A program made the translations under genes and the position numbers. From contig CBDBDQ010000005.1 of the NCBI GenBank assembly GCA_965203905.1, positions 5,312,001-5,376,000 on the forward strand: DNA of 64,000 nt, given 5' to 3'. Below the pieces are notes generated by a model that worked only from the letters and a program-made list of their open reading frames with translations, had not been told where the DNA came from and ran no database searches. The stretch is from Spirochaetia bacterium. GTDB taxonomy: Bacteria > Spirochaetota > Spirochaetia > SZUA-6 > Bin103. Positions 59,607 through 64,000 of the stretch are shown here, piece by piece. Each line of letters opens with the position of its first letter. Within the stretch, counting starts at the first letter, position 1.

Positions 59607-59950
59607 GTAGTCTCCTCCTCTATTTTACCATCCTGTAATTTGAAAAATTTCGAAGGCTCGTCAGGAATGGGAATCCCTTCTCGATCGACTCGGCGCATCT
59701 CAAGAACATGATCCAGTACACCGTCTATCAACACACCGATTCCTGGTAAAGGAGAGACAAACCAAGGGGTCCATACATCTTCGTCAGACTTTCTTACCCG
59801 CGTACTGTACATGCAACTCGGTCTACTGGTAATGACGGTCTGACCCTCTTCTACTTCTTCAAATCTAACACCTTGAAGGGTTACACGAAATTGAACCTCT
59901 TCCGGATCCCAGGTGATGAATGGTGCATTCTGCTTCAGTTCCAGAGTCAC
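59603..59950 (-). CDS. Hypothetical beta-rich protein, first gene of the low-GC cassette
   Basis: GAGGA RBS before GTG 59950; ATGA overlap with the next gene. Confidence 0.5.
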   Translation of the reverse strand: MTLELKQNAPFITWDPEEVQFRVTLQGVRFEEVEEGQTVITSRPSCMYSTRVRKSDEDVWTPWFVSPLPGIGVLIDGVLDHVLEMRRVDREGIPIPDEPSKFFKLQDGKIEEETT

Positions 59951-60325
59951 ACTATCCTCTCGATGCAACAGCGCTGGACCTTTCTAAGCGACGAACTTGG
60001 TGGTATGCGAGCATTTAACTTCGTCACCAGACATAACGTCGACGTTCGCACGTTCCGGACGCATATGCTCGCTCATTCTAGCCTGCCTTGCGCTCCACGG
60101 CCTTCAGGCGGCGTTCATGGTCCGACTAACGCCTTCCGACTCGACACGTGCAGCCGCCAACCCTTGTACGGTACCGAGGACACGTTTAACATCTCGCTTG
60201 AGTTCATCGTGTCTTGAACTCCAGCAGCAGCCCATCTCGCTCACGCTCAGTCATCGCGCCACCTCACCCCAGGCTCCCATTGTACCGGATCCGCGTTAAC
60301 TCGTGAACTCGCAAGGAGCTACAAA

Positions 60326-60364
60326 ACCATATCAATCTCGCGCAAAAAATGTCAACCGTTGACA
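60326..60364 (-). promoter_or_regulatory. Sigma70-like promoter with a palindromic operator over the -35 box
   Basis: TTGACA-N18-TATGGT with an extended TGn; TGTCAAC-C-GTTGACA inverted repeat at 60350-60364. Confidence 0.5.
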
Positions 60365-60605
60365 CTGCGCTAACAATCGTCCCTGCCGGGTCCGTTGCTG
60401 TAACTGACTAACCTATCACGATTTATCGCCATTCTATTTAGAGTTGTAATCCCCGTCCAAGCCGGATCCGTTCGCAGATTCCGGCACACGTCATCGAACT
60501 GGTGCGGCGACCGGGCACGCGCAGGTGGTGCGACCTCCTGGACATCGCCAAACACTTCGCCGAAGTCGGCCGCCAAACCGCCACCCACCGATCGCGGTCC
60601 GGCCA

Positions 60606-61475
60606 CTACCGCTCCTTCACCCAGGGCTGCGGCGTGGTGTATCCCAGATCGGCATAGGGGTCCTCCCCGCGTACCTGCACGACGCCGCGGAAGTTCCGCT
60701 CGCCGCCCCAGGTCAGCCACGTGGAAGCGCTGCAGTAGTGGAAGGTGAGGGCCGGGCGGTACCGGTCGCTCTGGTTCTTGTGCGAGCTGTGCAGCAGGTA
60801 GCCACTGAAGAACAGGACACTGCCGGCGGGCATCTCGACCGGGATGGCCCCGGACTCGTCGAAGCCACGCGCGACCGGATTGGTGTCGACGCCCGGCAGG
60901 TCGTGGGCGTAGCGTTCGTAGATGACCCCCGACTTGTGGCTGTCCGGCAGGATCCATAGGCATCCGTTCGCCACCGTCGCGTCGGTCAGCGCGATCCACA
61001 CTCCGGTCAGCGAGCGGTCGCGAGTCGGGATGGGGTGCTCGTCCTGGTGCCACGGGCTGCCGCTGCCGCCGGGAGGCTTCACCACGAACATGCTCTGCAT
61101 GCACTTGTAGGCGCCATCCCAGAATGGCACGTAGGCGCCAACGACGTGGTCCAGGACGCGGCAGATGCCGGGATGGGTCATGGCGGCACGGACGACCGTG
61201 CTGTAGACATGCGGCTGCCCCAGGTACATGTGGCGGCCGAGGAGCCGTTCGTCATCCTCGGGCCAGTCGACCGGCTCGATTTCGTCGCGCCAGGTCACCC
61301 CCTCGATGGGCGAGCTCGAGTAGTCGCCCCGATTGATCCTCCGCAACTCACGGGTAATCTCGGCGCGGGCGGCCTCGTCCACCAGGCCGGTGACCAGCAC
61401 GTACCCGCTCTCGATGTAGGATCGCCGCAACTCGTCGCCCGACGTCTGCGTCGGATCGAACGTCGCGATTGTCAT
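60606..61475 (-). CDS. Phytanoyl-CoA dioxygenase (PhyH) family protein
   Basis: KPPGG..PWHQDE, WIALTDAT..NGCL..PDSH, LLHSS..N; GGAGGTG RBS before ATG 61475. Confidence 0.9.
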   Translation of the reverse strand: MTIATFDPTQTSGDELRRSYIESGYVLVTGLVDEAARAEITRELRRINRGDYSSSPIEGVTWRDEIEPVDWPEDDERLLGRHMYLGQPHVYSTVVRAAMTHPGICRVLDHVVGAYVPFWDGAYKCMQSMFVVKPPGGSGSPWHQDEHPIPTRDRSLTGVWIALTDATVANGCLWILPDSHKSGVIYERYAHDLPGVDTNPVARGFDESGAIPVEMPAGSVLFFSGYLLHSSHKNQSDRYRPALTFHYCSASTWLTWGGERNFRGVVQVRGEDPYADLGYTTPQPWVKER

Positions 61476-61919
61476 CGAATCGTCACCTCCCGCAACCACA
61501 CCGCATGGACAAGGGGCCACGAAGCAGCCGGTCACGTCAACGCCGGCATGGGACGAGTCGGCAGCATGCCTGCAACCTCCGCCGCGTGGTGATACCTGAG
61601 CCGCTCCCGGCACCACTACCGTACGAGCTTTGCCCCGACGCGGACGAATCGCGCGACCTCCTGGACGTCGCCCGCCAAGCCGCCTCCCGCCGATCCCGAG
61701 AAGCCGGAAAGGACGGAGACCGCACGCGACCGTGTTGCAGGGCGTCCGCTCGGCACCTACACTCGGATGGGTAAGACCATGGCATGGTACGGACGGCAAA
61801 GCTTGCCGGTCCCTCGGATGATGGCCAGCGCGCGGCTTACCCAAATGCGCGCTCCGTGACACCGGGAATCGTAGAGCTATAGAATCAAAGTGCCTTTGAC
61901 TGATGGCGAGTTTGTGGTG

Positions 61920-62699
61920 ATGAACAACTGTTGCGTGTACCAAGATCTGCAGCGAGAGGTCGGCGCCTTGTTCACCTGTTCAGAGCACGGTGAGTATCAG
62001 AGAATACGTACACCCTTTCTTTACCCAGACGGCGATTACATCGATCTATTCTGTAAGGTTGTCGATGACGTAGTGACGGTAAGCGACCTCGCTGAGACCA
62101 CCGGTTGGCTGCGCATGCAGTCGCTGGGCATGCGCCGTTCTCCGAAGCAAAGGCGACTCATAGAAGATACTTGTGTGACACATGGGATAGAGCTCTACCG
62201 CGGAATGCTTCAGGCGCGGTGCCGTAGCGGGGACGAATTGGCTTCCGTCGTTACGCGGGTTGCACAGGCGGCTTTGCGGGTTTCCGACTTGTGGTTCACG
62301 TTTCGAGCGCAGGCCGTCCAGTCCATCACGGATGAAGTAGCAGATTTTCTCGAGGACCGCGAACTACGATTCGAGCGCTCCGAAAGGCTCGCCGGCCGGT
62401 CGGGACGTGGCTGGATGGTCGATTTCCACGTTCGGGCCGAGTCTCGAAGTTCACTGCTTCAGGTGCTGAGCACCGGGAATCGGGCGGCAGCCGACCGAGT
62501 CTCCGAGCACGTGTTGGCGGCGTGGCACGATCTGAATCACCTTGCAGCCGGCCCGGAAGCGCTAACCTTCGTCTCACTGTTCGACGACACCGCCGACGTA
62601 TGGGCGGATGAGGATTTTCGGTTGGTCGAGCCGCTGTCGACGGTGTCACGCTGGTCGCGGCCGGACGAGCTCGCCGCGATTCTGAGCGGGGCAGCGTGA
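61920..62699 (+). CDS. DUF1828/DUF1829 domain protein
   Basis: IRTPFLYPDGDYIDLF, VSDLAET, GRSG....DF, SLFDD. Confidence 0.78.
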   Translation: MNNCCVYQDLQREVGALFTCSEHGEYQRIRTPFLYPDGDYIDLFCKVVDDVVTVSDLAETTGWLRMQSLGMRRSPKQRRLIEDTCVTHGIELYRGMLQARCRSGDELASVVTRVAQAALRVSDLWFTFRAQAVQSITDEVADFLEDRELRFERSERLAGRSGRGWMVDFHVRAESRSSLLQVLSTGNRAAADRVSEHVLAAWHDLNHLAAGPEALTFVSLFDDTADVWADEDFRLVEPLSTVSRWSRPDELAAILSGAA

Positions 62700-63208
62700 C
62701 AAGCACGGCGGGGTGAGGTGGAATGGCGGCGTATTCCACGACTACGACCGAATAGAGTCGATTTGGTGCGGCTCGCGGCGTTCCTGCACGCCATCCGGCC
62801 GTAGGCCACCGAGACGGCGTGGGCGCTGTCCGACGGCGGTCCCATCTGGCGTGCTTAGCCTGACCCGGCTGATGGACGAGGTCACCCGGCGCGGCAAGCA
62901 CGGGATGTTGCACGGCATGGTTTCGGTCTCGCGCGCTCCAAGGGCTGGTCGTGGTCGAGCCGCGCATTCTGCTCCCGCGGACGGAACAACCAAGGGCCGC
63001 GTCGGCAGAGTTGTGCGCGGCAGGCGAGGCGGCTCGGGCCGCGGAGCAGACGGATGCCGGCCGCTCGCTAGCCGTGCACGCGTCGGTACACTCGCACTTC
63101 TACCATCCCCGCCGATTACGTACACTGAACCGCGTGGTCGCTGGATAAGTTCCGAGATTGCCGGAACCGGATCCGGTCACTGGCGGGTGAGGCCGTGGGA
63201 GTGATTAC

Positions 63209-63544
63209 ATGAAAACGGAGACTGCGAATCAGCACATCGAGATCACTCCGGGCGTGTGCGGAGGAAAGCCCCGCATTAGCGGACATCGGATTACCGTTGC
63301 GAACATCGTTATCTGGCATGAGCGTCTTGGCAGGAGCGCCGATGAGATCGCCACCGAGTATGACCTGACTCTATCCGACGTGTATGCGGCCTTGGTTTAT
63401 TACTTCGATAACCGTGCGGCAATTGACGGCTCCATCGCGAAGAGCAACGCTCTCGTTGCCAGCTTGCGGAAGAAGAACGTTTCCCCACTCGCCGAGAGGT
63501 TTCAGGAACCAACCAGACATGGCGAGGATCCGGTTCTACACTGA
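63209..63544 (+). CDS. DUF433 antitoxin
   Basis: IEITPGVCGGKPRISGHRITV..LTLSDVYAALVYY. Confidence 0.88.
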   Translation: MKTETANQHIEITPGVCGGKPRISGHRITVANIVIWHERLGRSADEIATEYDLTLSDVYAALVYYFDNRAAIDGSIAKSNALVASLRKKNVSPLAERFQEPTRHGEDPVLH

Positions 63545-63718
63545 TGAACAGATTGCCAGAGCAGTGGTCAGGGGCCTTCGTCGGCGCGGAGTGGATGTCC
63601 TGACTATTCCAGAGGCAGGAACTCTGGAGTGTCGGACGCGGAGCAGTTGCAACGGGCGAGAAAGAACGGGTCATCTTCACCCAGGACGACGATTTTCTTC
63701 GACTGGCGGCGGCAACGC
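63519..63718 (+). pseudogene. DUF5615 PIN-like toxin, frameshifted and truncated
   Basis: MARIRFYTDEQI..LRRRGVDV / SDAEQLQRA / RVIFTQDDDFLRL lie in three different frames. Confidence 0.8.
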
Positions 63719-63799
63719 ATCAGGACGTTCAACGAGGTCAACCGCGAGATGGGATACGGCCCGCTCGACATTCGAAGCCCCAGGGAGGTAGGAACATGA
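63719..63799 (+). pseudogene. C-terminal remnant of a second PIN toxin
   Basis: IRTFNEVNREMGYGPLDIRSPREV*, ATGA-coupled to the next small ORF. Confidence 0.6.
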
Positions 63800-64000
63800 T
63801 GACCACGCGAGAGAAGAAAGAGTTCGACTGCGTGAAAACCACGCGCGAGATTCGTGATCGCGTCAGTGTCGAGTTGGCCGGGATGTCCTCTGAAGACCGG
63901 ATCCAGTGGCTCAATAGCAGGGGTTTCTCGGACCCGCTCCTGCGCCGCCTCGTCAACCGGCTGCGGCCACAGGAAGGTCGAGACGGCGAGTCCGCTCCGG
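63796..64000 (+). CDS. Small PIN-associated putative antitoxin (runs off the right edge)
   Basis: GGAGG RBS; MMTTREKKEFDCVKTTREIRDRVSVELAGMSSEDRIQWL. Confidence 0.6.
   Translation, partial: MMTTREKKEFDCVKTTREIRDRVSVELAGMSSEDRIQWLNSRGFSDPLLRRLVNRLRPQEGRDGESAP

Noticed and set aside
59984-59986. In-frame TAG upstream of the first cassette gene as stop-codon readthrough or pyrrolysine
   Set aside because: A good RBS plus GTG start lies downstream at 59950, and no pyl machinery is present in the window
62968-63050. Imperfect inverted repeat TCTGCTCCCGCGG...CCGCGGAGCAGA as a MITE
   Set aside because: Single short GC-rich occurrence with no target duplication or second copy seen
1-64000. CRISPR array, tRNA or rRNA genes
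   Set aside because: No regularly spaced repeats and no cloverleaf or rRNA signatures seen by eye, including at the island ends; a tRNAscan/CRISPR finder run would be needed to exclude them fully

Overview
High-GC bacterial chromosomal window. The solute-binding-protein N-termini, the repeated PhyH dioxygenases and the sulfatase/glycosidase content suggest a marine-host-associated Spirochaetota-like organism; this is inference only. The backbone is catabolic. It carries a GH4 alpha-galactosidase, a bicupin, a YetA/PcRGLX-like lyase, PhyH dioxygenases, SodC, a sulfatase, a nitrilase, Gfo/Idh/MocA enzymes, a GH117-like hydrolase, a CocE/NonD hydrolase and an Ntn acylase. It also carries two Dpp/Opp-type importer clusters (one with a tandemly duplicated binding protein) and an ABC-DUF1854-ABC exporter. 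Interspersed are many toxin-antitoxin modules, most with a broken toxin and an intact antitoxin, and three DUF222/HNH endonuclease elements. A decayed lower-GC island at about 41.2-52.3 kb is bracketed by an AlpA remnant and a P4-type integrase pseudogene. It carries a radical SAM + DUF6375-like + Avs2-like STAND ATPase operon between two dead tyrosine-recombinase copies. A second low-GC cassette at 58.7-60.0 kb encodes a putative ADP-ribosyltransferase-like toxin. The most unexpected observation is a ~200-nt non-coding element upstream of the HNH gene at 29.5 kb. It recurs at 41.0-41.2 kb with a conserved hairpin, which implies a conserved HNH-linked leader or ncRNA and suggests the defence island inserted into an HNH element. 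All family assignments come from motif recognition by eye; no searches were run.
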